DNA from: a virus
DNA length: 64,000 nucleotides
Strand: one strand, 5' to 3'
Virus record (IMG/VR): IMGVR_UViG_3300048599_000388
Span: 1-64,000 of that record
The position numbers were made by a program, and so were the translations under genes. A model generated the notes under the pieces. The model made no database searches. It was not told the DNA's origin and saw only the letters and a list, made by a program, of their open reading frames with translations. Shown one piece after another: positions 8,189 to 17,149 of the stretch (the first letter of the stretch is position 1; every line of letters begins with the position of its first letter).

Positions 8189-10228
8189 TTACGCTACCCG
8201 TTCATTCGACTTGTCGAACGTATCCATCTCTCCCTCATCAATCTCGGGCTGTATTCGGTCAGCGATTTCATCTTCGATACTTTCCATAGTTTTTAACAAC
8301 CATTGGTATGCTGGGGATGTAGCACCTTTGGCTTTGTTTTTCGACCTTTTTGTGTTCAACTTCTTGCTATTCACCTGGTTGGTGAGCTGTCCATTATCGT
8401 TGTTACCGACCTGATTGGTGCCGTCGCTATTGCCGTTCTGATTGTCATTCTGACCATCGTCCTGGCCGTCATCATTCTGACCATCATCGTTCCCATTGTC
8501 TCCCTGGTTGCCGTTGGTCGTCCCGCTCACTGGTGCCGGCAATACAACAAGTTTTCCATCATCGGTCACATCAATACGGTTCAACCGTGTCAACGACTGG
8601 AGCACCATGACCGGTATTTTACTCGCTGCGCTGTCGTCAATGGACCAGTCAGTCCCCAGTGTCTCGTTTGCAAGTTCGATAATCTGATTCGAGCTCGCCC
8701 CACCGCTGATGGCAAACATACGAATCATTTTGGTCAATTCTTCGGATCCCGTAATTTTCGGTCCCTTGCTCACGAATCGCCAATTGAAATACCCGAACTC
8801 TGCGCGTACTATTTTGACGTTTATGAATTCGTCAAAATCGCGGCGTATCGGTCCAAACACCTGTTGCTCTGCTACGATTTGAGACGCTGTTGCGCTGGCA
8901 AGCGAGTAATCCTCAGACGTGCCTTGGATAAGCGGGGGAAGTCGAAAGACCTTGCGTATCGCTTTTTCAGAGTAAGCGAGATAATTTTCGAATAGAAAAT
9001 CCTCTTTGCGCGCATCCCGCAACTTGATGACCTGGACGGCAGATTTGGTTCGCTGTCCATCGAAATTGATCATCTGCGGTTCAACGTGCAGGATACACGT
9101 CCGGTTCATTTTGTTGACGTCGTGCCAGCTCTCAATGGTCCCCTCTATTTCATCAATAGATGCGGGGGTGAGCTGGCCGTCTTCCACCACTATGAGCAAT
9201 GGGGGAATGCCCTGATTGTTGAACAGGTCGAAATTGCACCAGTTAGCAAGCACGCGCCCCTTAATTGTCGTGAGAGCGCCAATCCAACGCGGCACACCAT
9301 AATCAGCATTCCGGAATGCCAGCTTGAACCATATGAGCTCAGTTGCCGGGGTTGGTGTGCTTGGCACATACTGACCGGTGTTAGCGTCCAATGTCCTAGG
9401 ATCCCCAAATTCTTTGAACCACGTAATTTTTCCAGACGGCATTTTACGGGCGTAGCGTCTGAAATGTTTGGAACGAGTAACAGAAACAATCTTGCCTTTG
9501 CGCCAGAGTTTAACTGTGTATTCGGTTGGTTTTTTGTCCAGGACTGACATGCGGCAATATGTGATCGGCAGATGCGAGATTTCTTCGATGTCTCCAAGAG
9601 GATTACGCGACTGATCTATATTCCTCACAACCTCCATGGCACCATTGCCAGTCGATTCAAGGTCTGCGCGTACCGACTTACGAACACTCACTAGGCTGCC
9701 GTCACTATTCACGTTGTCGAAAAAATTGGCAAGTTCTTCCGCTTGCTCTTTGTTTTCTGGTAAATCTCGCTCCGTTTTATCGTTGCCGGCGAATTGCCAA
9801 CCGTGACCGTTGCCGTCAACACCTTCAACCATGGAGTCCACGCACGTTTTGAGCGTGTCGCACTCTTCCACGATATCAAACATCTGGGCAGGGGAATAGC
9901 GGGGAGCTATAAGCCCATCTTCATCATAATTTTGTATAAAAGGGTCTTCGTCTGTAGGCCCGCCGTTTCTCGTGACCCCCGCTTGCCCAAGATCTTTTAT
10001 GGTCTTTTTCCGCAAATCAAACATGCGCTGTCGAGAATTACCCCGTTCCTCACCCCACGCACCATTTTTCATGGCAATCAGTTTGTTGAGCTCATCTAAA
10101 TCGCGGTCAACTTTTTGTTCTGGGGTGAGGGGAGACGATATTGCTGCACGCAAGGTTTGTGCGGCTGCCGATTGGATAGCGCGTTTTTTCTTTTTTTTTG
10201 CCATTGGGGACACCTGAAGACGTATCAA
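8189..10228 (-). CDS. Portal protein
   Basis: 679 aa; STGNGAMEVVRN...ISHLP resembles the PBSX/P2-type portal core; followed by MuF-like gene; D/N/G/Q-rich low-complexity C-terminal tract (DNA about 8390-8530). Confidence 0.7.
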   Translation of the reverse strand: MIRLQVSPMAKKKKKRAIQSAAAQTLRAAISSPLTPEQKVDRDLDELNKLIAMKNGAWGEERGNSRQRMFDLRKKTIKDLGQAGVTRNGGPTDEDPFIQNYDEDGLIAPRYSPAQMFDIVEECDTLKTCVDSMVEGVDGNGHGWQFAGNDKTERDLPENKEQAEELANFFDNVNSDGSLVSVRKSVRADLESTGNGAMEVVRNIDQSRNPLGDIEEISHLPITYCRMSVLDKKPTEYTVKLWRKGKIVSVTRSKHFRRYARKMPSGKITWFKEFGDPRTLDANTGQYVPSTPTPATELIWFKLAFRNADYGVPRWIGALTTIKGRVLANWCNFDLFNNQGIPPLLIVVEDGQLTPASIDEIEGTIESWHDVNKMNRTCILHVEPQMINFDGQRTKSAVQVIKLRDARKEDFLFENYLAYSEKAIRKVFRLPPLIQGTSEDYSLASATASQIVAEQQVFGPIRRDFDEFINVKIVRAEFGYFNWRFVSKGPKITGSEELTKMIRMFAISGGASSNQIIELANETLGTDWSIDDSAASKIPVMVLQSLTRLNRIDVTDDGKLVVLPAPVSGTTNGNQGDNGNDDGQNDDGQDDGQNDNQNGNSDGTNQVGNNDNGQLTNQVNSKKLNTKRSKNKAKGATSPAYQWLLKTMESIEDEIADRIQPEIDEGEMDTFDKSNERVA

Positions 10229-10266
10229 TTGTGGACCGTGTAGACAAGGCGAGTCAGCATATTTAA

Positions 10267-10635
10267 CTACAAATTCAGTCTACACGAGTCGTCATCACAT
10301 ATAATGGGTTCTGTGATAATTTCACTGGAATTGCCGGATTGAATACCGCCCAACAATTCCACAATTTTGTTCGTGTCTATCACAATTTCGAGGTCTTTCG
10401 TTAGTAAAATCGGTAAGTGCTTTTCTGCTACGGTCACAAGAGAAAAATAGGCGAGTGTGCCGAGTGCGTGAGCGTCGTCGCCGTCCAAGTTAAGTATGGT
10501 GAGAGAGTTTATCGATTGTGGGGACAATTGTCCCTTTACCCACTCGCACTTCTCACATCCCGGTTTCGTGAACAGTATTGGCCTGTCGATAGATTCGTCA
10601 TCGTCCAAATATGGGGGCTTCAATTTTCCGTCCAA
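10267..10635 (-). CDS. Glutaredoxin/NrdH-like redoxin
   Basis: ILFTKPGCEKCEWVK CxxC in a thioredoxin-fold-like context. Confidence 0.5.
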   Translation of the reverse strand: MDGKLKPPYLDDDESIDRPILFTKPGCEKCEWVKGQLSPQSINSLTILNLDGDDAHALGTLAYFSLVTVAEKHLPILLTKDLEIVIDTNKIVELLGGIQSGNSSEIITEPIICDDDSCRLNL

Positions 10636-10817
10636 AAGGTTTTAGTTTGATTTACGTTTGGTTGGCGTGTCGGATTCTTGATTCTGTTGTTCCATCGATC
10701 ACAATGATTGCAGTAATACAGTATTTCGTGACCGTTGTTCATTTTGACGGTAATGTCAGTGCTACCGCAGACACACATGAGATTGGCCATGTCGATAGAC
10801 GTTCCGCTAATACTCAT
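10620..10817 (-). CDS. Small zinc-ribbon protein
   Basis: CVCG...CNHC cysteine pairs; overlaps neighbours by a few nt. Confidence 0.45.
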   Translation of the reverse strand: MSISGTSIDMANLMCVCGSTDITVKMNNGHEILYYCNHCDRWNNRIKNPTRQPNVNQTKTFWTEN

Positions 10818-11173
10818 ATTTGATGTCCCATTTGAGAATATGAACAGTCCTCGTCAGCGTCGTATCGCACATTATCTTTATGGGGAGTCAACACGAGCAC
10901 GCGGGACGTCACATGTGCCATAAACATGTCATGGATAAATTCGGTGTTGCGTTCCGCAGCCTCTTGTTGACAATATTCAGAGTTACAGACGAGCACGCAC
11001 TGAGTCCACCAATTGTCGGTCTGCGCGTACATTCTGACGTGGCCCTGTTTTTTGATACTGAAATCAGATTCGCATATCGGACACGTAGCATACATGGCGG
11101 GATTATAGGGTTCAGCGTGCAATGTTCCCGTAATGCGCTTGATACGCAGCCTGTGACGGTCTCGTTTTTTCAT
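10814..11173 (-). CDS. Cys-rich hypothetical protein
   Basis: CPICESDF... plus further Cys pairs; translationally coupled. Confidence 0.45.
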   Translation of the reverse strand: MKKRDRHRLRIKRITGTLHAEPYNPAMYATCPICESDFSIKKQGHVRMYAQTDNWWTQCVLVCNSEYCQQEAAERNTEFIHDMFMAHVTSRVLVLTPHKDNVRYDADEDCSYSQMGHQI

Positions 11174-11175
11174 CC

Positions 11176-11397
11176 TTATTCCTCATGCCAATAACATTCA
11201 GCACACGGACATTCGAGGATACGATCAGGTTCCCCGAGCTCGTTGATGGGATAGTCGTCTATTGCATGAAACCCAAAGGCATATCGTTCGGATGTTAATG
11301 CTAATTTTTTAGCCTGTTCAAGTGTATCCGCAACAGCATAGATAACCGAACCGCCATAAGATGGTTTAAAAGGGTTAACCCAAACGTAGAGTTTCAT
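11176..11397 (-). CDS. Hypothetical protein
   Basis: Co-oriented, tightly packed ORF. Confidence 0.45.
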   Translation of the reverse strand: MKLYVWVNPFKPSYGGSVIYAVADTLEQAKKLALTSERYAFGFHAIDDYPINELGEPDRILECPCAECYWHEE

Positions 11398-11400
11398 CGT

Positions 11401-12195
11401 CTAAAATCCCTTTGTAACTTGTCCGTTTGTTCCAGGTTTGTTACCTCCATGCTGTCCCCACTGTCCTTTATATTTCCCCGTCTCTCCAGGTCCGAGACGC
11501 CCAAACATTATTGACGCTACGCGTGCACCGCGCTCGAAATAGATACCGTCTAGGCTCGATACATGCAACCCAAATGTGAGCACGCCAGAGTATCCAGGAC
11601 GGACAGGTGTCGCAAATAGCCATGCAGCAGACCTAAATACTGTGGTACGAGAATCGCACATGCCGAATAGATGGGATGGGATATTGACGGACTCAACGGT
11701 TTGAATGAGATAAGAGCGAACGCCCTCAATGTGCCAGCCGGTGAATTCGACGGGCAATTTCTTGAATGACTGCGAATGAGACGACCTGTCCACCATAATC
11801 ATATGGTCTTCCGGTTGCCGCTCCACAATCGGCGGGGTGCGCCTGTAGTCCTGCCCTATGAACGGGACCGTCTCTTTCCAGTGAACACCGTCAAGGATTG
11901 GAAACTCAAAGACCTTATCAATACGCAGATCGTATGCAGATCCCTCGAGTGCGACTAACTGATTTTCGTCAAACGGAGTTATCAGTCCACCCTGATTCTC
12001 CCCCTCCATCTGTGCATGGAGATTCCATATCTCCTCCGAAGAGAGAAAAGCGTTCGTCATCTGCTGGAACTGGATAATTGGTGTCGGAGTTGGCCATGCC
12101 ATCGAATCCATGAAACTCATCTGGTGTGGTTCGCTCATCGCTGTTTTCTTCTCCCTCTTCTGCTTTTTGTTCCCGTACAACACATTCATTTTCAA
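11401..12195 (-). CDS. dCTP deaminase / dUTPase-superfamily protein with N-terminal extension
   Basis: SVNIPSHLFGMCDSRTTVFRSA..VRPGYSGVLTFGLH..ARVASIMF aligns by eye with Dcd; 227-nt overlap with the upstream ORF implies a later start (for example 12009). Confidence 0.6.
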   Translation of the reverse strand: MKMNVLYGNKKQKREKKTAMSEPHQMSFMDSMAWPTPTPIIQFQQMTNAFLSSEEIWNLHAQMEGENQGGLITPFDENQLVALEGSAYDLRIDKVFEFPILDGVHWKETVPFIGQDYRRTPPIVERQPEDHMIMVDRSSHSQSFKKLPVEFTGWHIEGVRSYLIQTVESVNIPSHLFGMCDSRTTVFRSAAWLFATPVRPGYSGVLTFGLHVSSLDGIYFERGARVASIMFGRLGPGETGKYKGQWGQHGGNKPGTNGQVTKGF

Positions 12196-12964
12196 ATACG
12201 CTCAAATCCACGTCTGGCCATCCTCGACTATCGAGCGGCTTGAGTAACGCATTCACGTCATTGCTAAATGTGCTCTTACCTGTCGTAACCCTAATGGCAA
12301 TGGGATCACTAGGGTTACTATGAGACCCTATCCAATATGTCGCAGTCAAAAAACGGTGTTGACACAGATCGAAATATTGGGGGTCTATCCTGAATATGGT
12401 TTGCTTTTTGGCCGGCTTTAGCACAATGGCTTCGTGTCCCTGAAATACTTGATACGCTACAGGAAAGACCCTGTATGAAATTTTGAACAGAGCAATATAC
12501 GCCTTGATCTCCTGATAAAACGGTTCCACAAGGTCTCGCTCGAGATAACGCGCCGGTTGTCGTTCGTCTCCCCGGGGACTACCGGAATACAGGAATGAAC
12601 GGGTAAACGTGACGCGTTTGCGTTTCTTGCCGAACTCAGCCTTGCGCCAGACTTTTTCGGTAAAAGAGCGCGTCGGTTTGGGTATGCGAGCGGTCAATGG
12701 AATCCCGGACTCAAGCAATCTGACGTATCGGTCAAACTGTTCCGCAATGTCTCGACCTTTACGCGTAAGTGTGTCACCTGTGCGTTCAAGAAAACCCTCG
12801 ATAATGCACTGGTGTAGGGAATGCTTGTTCCACTGAGCAGGACGATGATGGAGCGTAGCATGGAGATTGGAGAGAATGGTGTAGTCGAGAAGCATATCTA
12901 TTCCGTAATGATAAATTTCAGTTGAGATGGGTCTTGTAATAAAAATTTTCCACAGCATGGACAT
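11969..12964 (-). CDS. Hypothetical protein (probable start 12895)
   Basis: Long ORF; internal ATG at 12895 sits just after the upstream stop (12898-12900). Confidence 0.5.
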   Translation of the reverse strand: MSMLWKIFITRPISTEIYHYGIDMLLDYTILSNLHATLHHRPAQWNKHSLHQCIIEGFLERTGDTLTRKGRDIAEQFDRYVRLLESGIPLTARIPKPTRSFTEKVWRKAEFGKKRKRVTFTRSFLYSGSPRGDERQPARYLERDLVEPFYQEIKAYIALFKISYRVFPVAYQVFQGHEAIVLKPAKKQTIFRIDPQYFDLCQHRFLTATYWIGSHSNPSDPIAIRVTTGKSTFSNDVNALLKPLDSRGWPDVDLSVFENECVVREQKAEEGEENSDERTTPDEFHGFDGMANSDTNYPVPADDERFSLFGGDMESPCTDGGGESGWTDNSV

Positions 12965-13218
12965 GGGAGTTCAGCAAGGTCTAAACCCAGACGGTCTTGG
13001 AATTTTTGGTGGCGCCAGACTGAAAAACTTTCAGAGATAGAATCAATGAATTCGGTTGTTACCGGTAAGACACCATTTATCTCGTGTTTACAACAGGGCA
13101 TCCTAAACGATAAAATGGATGTTTCTCCTGCAACTTCTCCGTCACAGATATATGGCTCAGTCCTCAATTTGGCTTTGATTTCTGCTGTTTCCATCACACT
13201 TCCCCCACACACGGCCAA
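12898..13218 (-). CDS. Cys-rich hypothetical protein
   Basis: CCKHE...CPCCGK motifs. Confidence 0.4.
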   Translation of the reverse strand: MAVCGGSVMETAEIKAKLRTEPYICDGEVAGETSILSFRMPCCKHEINGVLPVTTEFIDSISESFSVWRHQKFQDRLGLDLAELPCPCCGKFLLQDPSQLKFIITE

Positions 13219-13379
13219 CGTGTTACCAGTTCGTCAATGTCACGGCTCGACACCAGATTAAAAATAATCCTGTTGAGAATGACCATGCCGGATGGATAGA
13301 CAACGCGTAGGCTCCACATGTTGATATGGTCTGTTGCGATCTTTAGAAGTTGTTCATGTTCCGCTGTCAAGGCCAACAT
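13194..13379 (-). CDS. Hypothetical protein
   Basis: Small co-oriented ORF. Confidence 0.35.
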   Translation of the reverse strand: MLALTAEHEQLLKIATDHINMWSLRVVYPSGMVILNRIIFNLVSSRDIDELVTRWPCVGEV

Positions 13380-13380
13380 C

Positions 13381-13878
13381 CTATTCCCACCACTTCAATC
13401 TTCCCATCAACCCATTTTTATCGCCCCCCCCCATACGTCTATTGTGGTCCTCAATGATTCCTTGGAGCACGTCAATATATCGGGGGTATTCAACGAGCGC
13501 GTAGTATATGCCCTGCAAATCTTTCTGTTGCCACACCCACGCACCTTCTGGGGGGGCCTTCCAAAATGTATCAGGGTGAATCCGTCTCGGCTCTTCTAGG
13601 CACACAACATCTTTCTCGGGTTGACCGCCAAACGGACAGATTTTGACTCGCTTAGGACGCTTGTCTTCGTCCGGAATCTTTATCTGCGCTCCCTGAGTAA
13701 TCACGGTCGGCCTTGGAGTCGTGGAAGCGCAGGACGTGAAAAAAGAGAGCAGGATGATGATGCCCGCAATGCCGAACAGGATTTTGAAGGAATTTGTATC
13801 CATAAGGGTCTCACTCTGGAGGGACGACAATAATACATTGAGACACCAACAGATAGATTGGATGAGTCGCACAACCAA
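13381..13878 (-). CDS. Putative lipoprotein (o-spanin-like candidate; probable start 13803)
   Basis: MDTNSFKILFGIAGIIILLSFFTSC: signal peptide with lipobox-like Cys. Confidence 0.45.
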   Translation of the reverse strand: MVVRLIQSICWCLNVLLSSLQSETLMDTNSFKILFGIAGIIILLSFFTSCASTTPRPTVITQGAQIKIPDEDKRPKRVKICPFGGQPEKDVVCLEEPRRIHPDTFWKAPPEGAWVWQQKDLQGIYYALVEYPRYIDVLQGIIEDHNRRMGGGDKNGLMGRLKWWE

Positions 13879-13996
13879 GAGCGCAGAGTATCTGATACCA
13901 ATGTAATTCTTGGGTCAGCCCATATCCAAGCCATCCACCAAAAACCACGAGTCCGAGATACAACAGTACAAGATCTAGCATAACACACATCCTCAC
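13811..13996 (-). CDS. Small two-TM membrane protein
   Basis: 61 aa with two hydrophobic helices; start overlaps the upstream stop. Confidence 0.4.
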   Translation of the reverse strand: MRMCVMLDLVLLYLGLVVFGGWLGYGLTQELHWYQILCALGCATHPIYLLVSQCIIVVPPE

Positions 13997-14298
13997 TTAT
14001 TCGTCTTCAGTTTATCCCACATCTCTGGCGTAACTTCGCCGTTCAAGTCGAGTTCGCCACGCTCCTCTTCATATTGCTTTAACCGCCTGTAATTGTCCTC
14101 CATAAATGCGTTACGCTGTTCACACGTAGCCTTCTGGATATCGCACGTCTTGAGCTGGTATTGCACGTCATCTAATTTGTCTTTGAGCCCGAGTATCCGG
14201 AGTTCGCAATATCCAATATAGCCAGCAATGGCGAGGAAAAAGACGAACTTGGCATAGAGTAGGGCCGGTTTGATATACAGGCTGATTAGGTCGAACAT
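13993..14298 (-). CDS. N-terminal TM plus coiled-coil protein (i-spanin-like candidate)
   Basis: Hydrophobic N-terminus followed by a charged helical region. Confidence 0.4.
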   Translation of the reverse strand: MFDLISLYIKPALLYAKFVFFLAIAGYIGYCELRILGLKDKLDDVQYQLKTCDIQKATCEQRNAFMEDNYRRLKQYEEERGELDLNGEVTPEMWDKLKTNK

Positions 14299-14310
14299 GG
14301 GGGAGTATCC

Positions 14311-14514
14311 TTAGCTGAGATTGATTTTAAAATTGTCTTGAGCCAAATCAGTAAAATAAATATCCAAAATCCTTGCGAACCCACGGGTGTCTTGATCAAA
14401 GATTGCGTTATATCTTGCTGAACGCACAATTTCTAGCAGTGTAAGAAGACGCTCCTCGTCAAATTCTTCTGTTTCCAACGAACATAACGACGCCATGTCA
14501 ATAGTTATTTTCAT
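14311..14514 (-). CDS. Hypothetical protein
   Basis: Small co-oriented ORF. Confidence 0.4.
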   Translation of the reverse strand: MKITIDMASLCSLETEEFDEERLLTLLEIVRSARYNAIFDQDTRGFARILDIYFTDLAQDNFKINLS

Positions 14515-14518
14515 CTTT

Positions 14519-15007
14519 TCATCCTTCCCTCTCTATAAACTCGAACCACTCAACAGGTCGTGTCACCGGTTGACAGTCTGTGTCTCGAATACATATGGAC
14601 GTTATGCCAGCGTTGATTATGGCGCGCAGACACATTTTGCATGGATAAGATTTTTCGCCAAGTTTATCTTTAGTGTCATCCAAATCACAACTATTCCACC
14701 ATGGGAATCCCGCTAAATATAATGTCGCGCCCCTCACGCTCTCACAAGCATTCATTATACTATTAAGCTCAGCATGTACCGCCCTGCACAGTTCGAACCG
14801 CGTTCGACTCTCAACCCCTGCTCTCCCACACACCCCGATATCAACACAATTAAGACCTCCACGAGGCGAACCATTATAACCTGTGGACAATATGCGGTCA
14901 TCGCGCACAATTACCGCTCCATAGCATGAACGAAGACAAGTGGAGCGGAGAGCAACCGTCTTGGCAATACGGAGATAGTATTCGGGCTTAGAGATACGTT
15001 CACTCAC
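14519..15007 (-). CDS. dCMP deaminase (ComEB/cytidylate deaminase family)
   Basis: Zn-deaminase motifs HAELNSI and PCKMCLRAI; GYNGSPRG. Confidence 0.85.
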   Translation of the reverse strand: MSERISKPEYYLRIAKTVALRSTCLRSCYGAVIVRDDRILSTGYNGSPRGGLNCVDIGVCGRAGVESRTRFELCRAVHAELNSIMNACESVRGATLYLAGFPWWNSCDLDDTKDKLGEKSYPCKMCLRAIINAGITSICIRDTDCQPVTRPVEWFEFIEREG

Positions 15008-15579
15008 TGTCCACCCACTTTCTCACCATCCCCTATTTGCAACCGTCTCACCCGTGTCAATTTCTGTTCCACCCATCGCGCCACCTCTTCAATAACGATC
15101 TTCCCTTTTCCGTAACTTGCGTGAGCGATTGCGGGCATTCCATCTCTACTCCTGAGAAATGCTGCTGCATGGCCATTCGGTCGGTCGGATTTAAAGGTAA
15201 AGAATCCGAGGTCCAGGTTTTGTACCGAACGCAACTTATCAGGAATAATGGTAGAAGACCAACCAGCACCACCTTCAGCCATAATCCACGATTGCGTGAG
15301 CTGCACGCCTGGAATACCAGCCCACTTAGCCGCCAGCCATAGATAAGACGTGCAATTAAGCCCTTTTTTTGGGTCATCATATGGGGGTCCTAATTTGGCA
15401 TCTCGATACGGAAGTTCTTTTGACGCCAAAAATCTGAGCTGTGATTCCCATGCGCGTTCGTAAACAGGGTGTAACGCGTATGCCGTCCCAATGTCAAGCG
15501 TAACAAATGATAAGGGTAAGACAATACAGAGTCCCCACAATAGCAGCCGTCGCCGCCATATTGCCTTTCGTGATTTCAT
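15004..15579 (-). CDS. NlpC/P60-like cell-wall peptidase with N-terminal membrane anchor (endolysin candidate)
   Basis: Hydrophobic N-terminus; NCTSYLW Cys context; GHAAAFL and AHAS His motifs. Confidence 0.5.
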   Translation of the reverse strand: MKSRKAIWRRRLLLWGLCIVLPLSFVTLDIGTAYALHPVYERAWESQLRFLASKELPYRDAKLGPPYDDPKKGLNCTSYLWLAAKWAGIPGVQLTQSWIMAEGGAGWSSTIIPDKLRSVQNLDLGFFTFKSDRPNGHAAAFLRSRDGMPAIAHASYGKGKIVIEEVARWVEQKLTRVRRLQIGDGEKVGGQ

Positions 15580-15841
15580 CGCACCAATCTCCCGGAGTTA
15601 TCCAATCAACGAATCGTGTGCCCCCAGACAGCACCAGCAACCCAATGGTCGCCGCGACTATCCGGAGAATCACATAACGATAGACTCCATATGCCTCTCC
15701 TTCCGGCATGTAATCTGGGGCAATTTGGAGTAAATGAAGCACTATTTTGTACCCGATGGACAGCGCAATGAACCAACGGATAAAGGAACTGTTCCACAGA
15801 GCTGGACCGATACTGAGCAGCTTTACTAATTTGTCTTTCAT
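15494..15841 (-). CDS. Multi-TM membrane protein (holin candidate)
   Basis: 115 aa with about three TM helices, immediately upstream of the peptidase (86-nt overlap). Confidence 0.4.
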   Translation of the reverse strand: MKDKLVKLLSIGPALWNSSFIRWFIALSIGYKIVLHLLQIAPDYMPEGEAYGVYRYVILRIVAATIGLLVLSGGTRFVDWITPGDWCDEITKGNMAATAAIVGTLYCLTLIICYA

Positions 15842-15905
15842 ATGTCACCTACCAATTAGTTGAGCAATAATTATCGTCTAAATGGCTTCCTAAAAGGGCG
15901 CTCTA

Positions 15906-16856
15906 TCATCCACACTTCCCGCACCCACACCCTTTACGCTCCACCCCCATACCTCGAATCTTGTGCGCCAGATCAATACTGTTACGCGCCGCGCTTATCC
16001 CGACACCTTCACCACTCAAGGCTTTCTCGTAAACCACAGTGTGGAGGTTATTAAACCCGTCAGAGAAGTCAATGTTGGCCCCATCCACTGTCAACCGTCG
16101 ATATGCACGCACGTCACCTGCTAATCCGTGAATCGCAAGCATCTCTGGGGACGTTGACAAGTTCCATGTCACGCCTGCATTAGTAAAGGCCGTAAAACCA
16201 GACATTAAATCACTCTCTTTATGATGAAGCTCTGTGTGCTGCTCTTTTCCGAATATCCATGCGAGCACATCAAGAAAATGGATCCCAATGTTAGCAGCCA
16301 ACCCGCCACTCAAATTTTCGTTCCCCTTCCACGAATGGAAAAACCAAGGGCCACGCACGGTCGTGTATTCGAGCTGGACATCGAAAATGTGGGATGGATT
16401 ACGTTTCAACGTTTCGTCAACAGACCATTTTAATTCTTTGATCCGCTCGTGCTCCCGCAACTGCATGACCGTGAATACGCGTTTGCCAGTCTCTTGCTCC
16501 AGTTCCAAGAGCCCATCCAAGTTGTGCGGCATAATGACGAGCGGCTTCTCGCAAATCACGTTACAACCGTTTCGCAGAGCGTACCGAATATGGGCATCGT
16601 GCAAATGATTCGGAGTCGCTATACTCACCCACTCGATTGGATTGCCGTCACGCCTACATTTATCCAGGAATCTGTCGAACCGCTCGAATTGCGTGAAAAA
16701 CGCACAGTCCAAAAAATACGAGTCGAGCACCCCGCAATTGTCGTAGGGGTCCAGCGCAGCGACGAGATTGTTGCCAGTCGCCTTAATCGCCTTCATATGG
16801 CGTGGAGCAACATATCCGGATGCACCGAAAAGAGCGAAATTAATTGGATTGTTCAT
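15906..16856 (-). CDS. Gfo/Idh/MocA oxidoreductase, WbpB/GnnA-like UDP-sugar 3-dehydrogenase candidate
   Basis: NFALFGASGYVAPRHMKAIK Rossmann N-terminus, ICEKPL, NIGIHFLD; 316 aa. Confidence 0.7.
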   Translation of the reverse strand: MNNPINFALFGASGYVAPRHMKAIKATGNNLVAALDPYDNCGVLDSYFLDCAFFTQFERFDRFLDKCRRDGNPIEWVSIATPNHLHDAHIRYALRNGCNVICEKPLVIMPHNLDGLLELEQETGKRVFTVMQLREHERIKELKWSVDETLKRNPSHIFDVQLEYTTVRGPWFFHSWKGNENLSGGLAANIGIHFLDVLAWIFGKEQHTELHHKESDLMSGFTAFTNAGVTWNLSTSPEMLAIHGLAGDVRAYRRLTVDGANIDFSDGFNNLHTVVYEKALSGEGVGISAARNSIDLAHKIRGMGVERKGCGCGKCG

Positions 16857-16864
16857 GGAATTCC

Positions 16865-16881
16865 TTTGTAAAATTTACAAA
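16865..16881. promoter_or_regulatory. Palindrome TTTGTAAAATTTACAAA (copy 1 of 4)
   Basis: Perfect palindrome ending 9 nt upstream of the oxidoreductase ATG. Confidence 0.6.
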
Positions 16882-16889
16882 AAACACAA

Positions 16890-17120
16890 CTATTTTTGAT
16901 AGCCCAAATCTTCAATGTCAACTCGTGCCCACTGAGCCAGAGGGTAAAATATCTCTTTACCTTCGGCACTAAAGAATTTCATAAACCCCAGATGGATGTA
17001 AACCTTTTCAATCTCAACAACAGACCTCGCATAAGTAAATCGAATCTCTTTTGGCTCTTGGACAACCCCAAGTTCTTCGTGCGTCCAAAATAATACTGCA
17101 AATTTTTTCATTACACTCAT
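16890..17120 (-). CDS. Hypothetical protein
   Basis: Co-oriented ORF. Confidence 0.45.
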   Translation of the reverse strand: MSVMKKFAVLFWTHEELGVVQEPKEIRFTYARSVVEIEKVYIHLGFMKFFSAEGKEIFYPLAQWARVDIEDLGYQK

Positions 17121-17149
17121 TTTGTTGTCCTCAACTTATTTATTCTGAA

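Noticed and set aside
8390-8530. Tandem DNA repeat or contingency locus in the portal 3' region
   Set aside because: The repeats are imperfect and code in-frame for a D/N/G/Q-rich low-complexity tail. There is no exact unit structure.
8303-8995. 230-aa plus-strand ORF inside the portal gene. Similar long antisense ORFs occur at 22742..23425, 52818..53318, 53869..54420, 45326..45706 and 48554..49069.
   Set aside because: All are antisense to well-supported genes. Several arise from repetitive or hexapeptide coding sequence, they have no RBS, and their translations are low-complexity.
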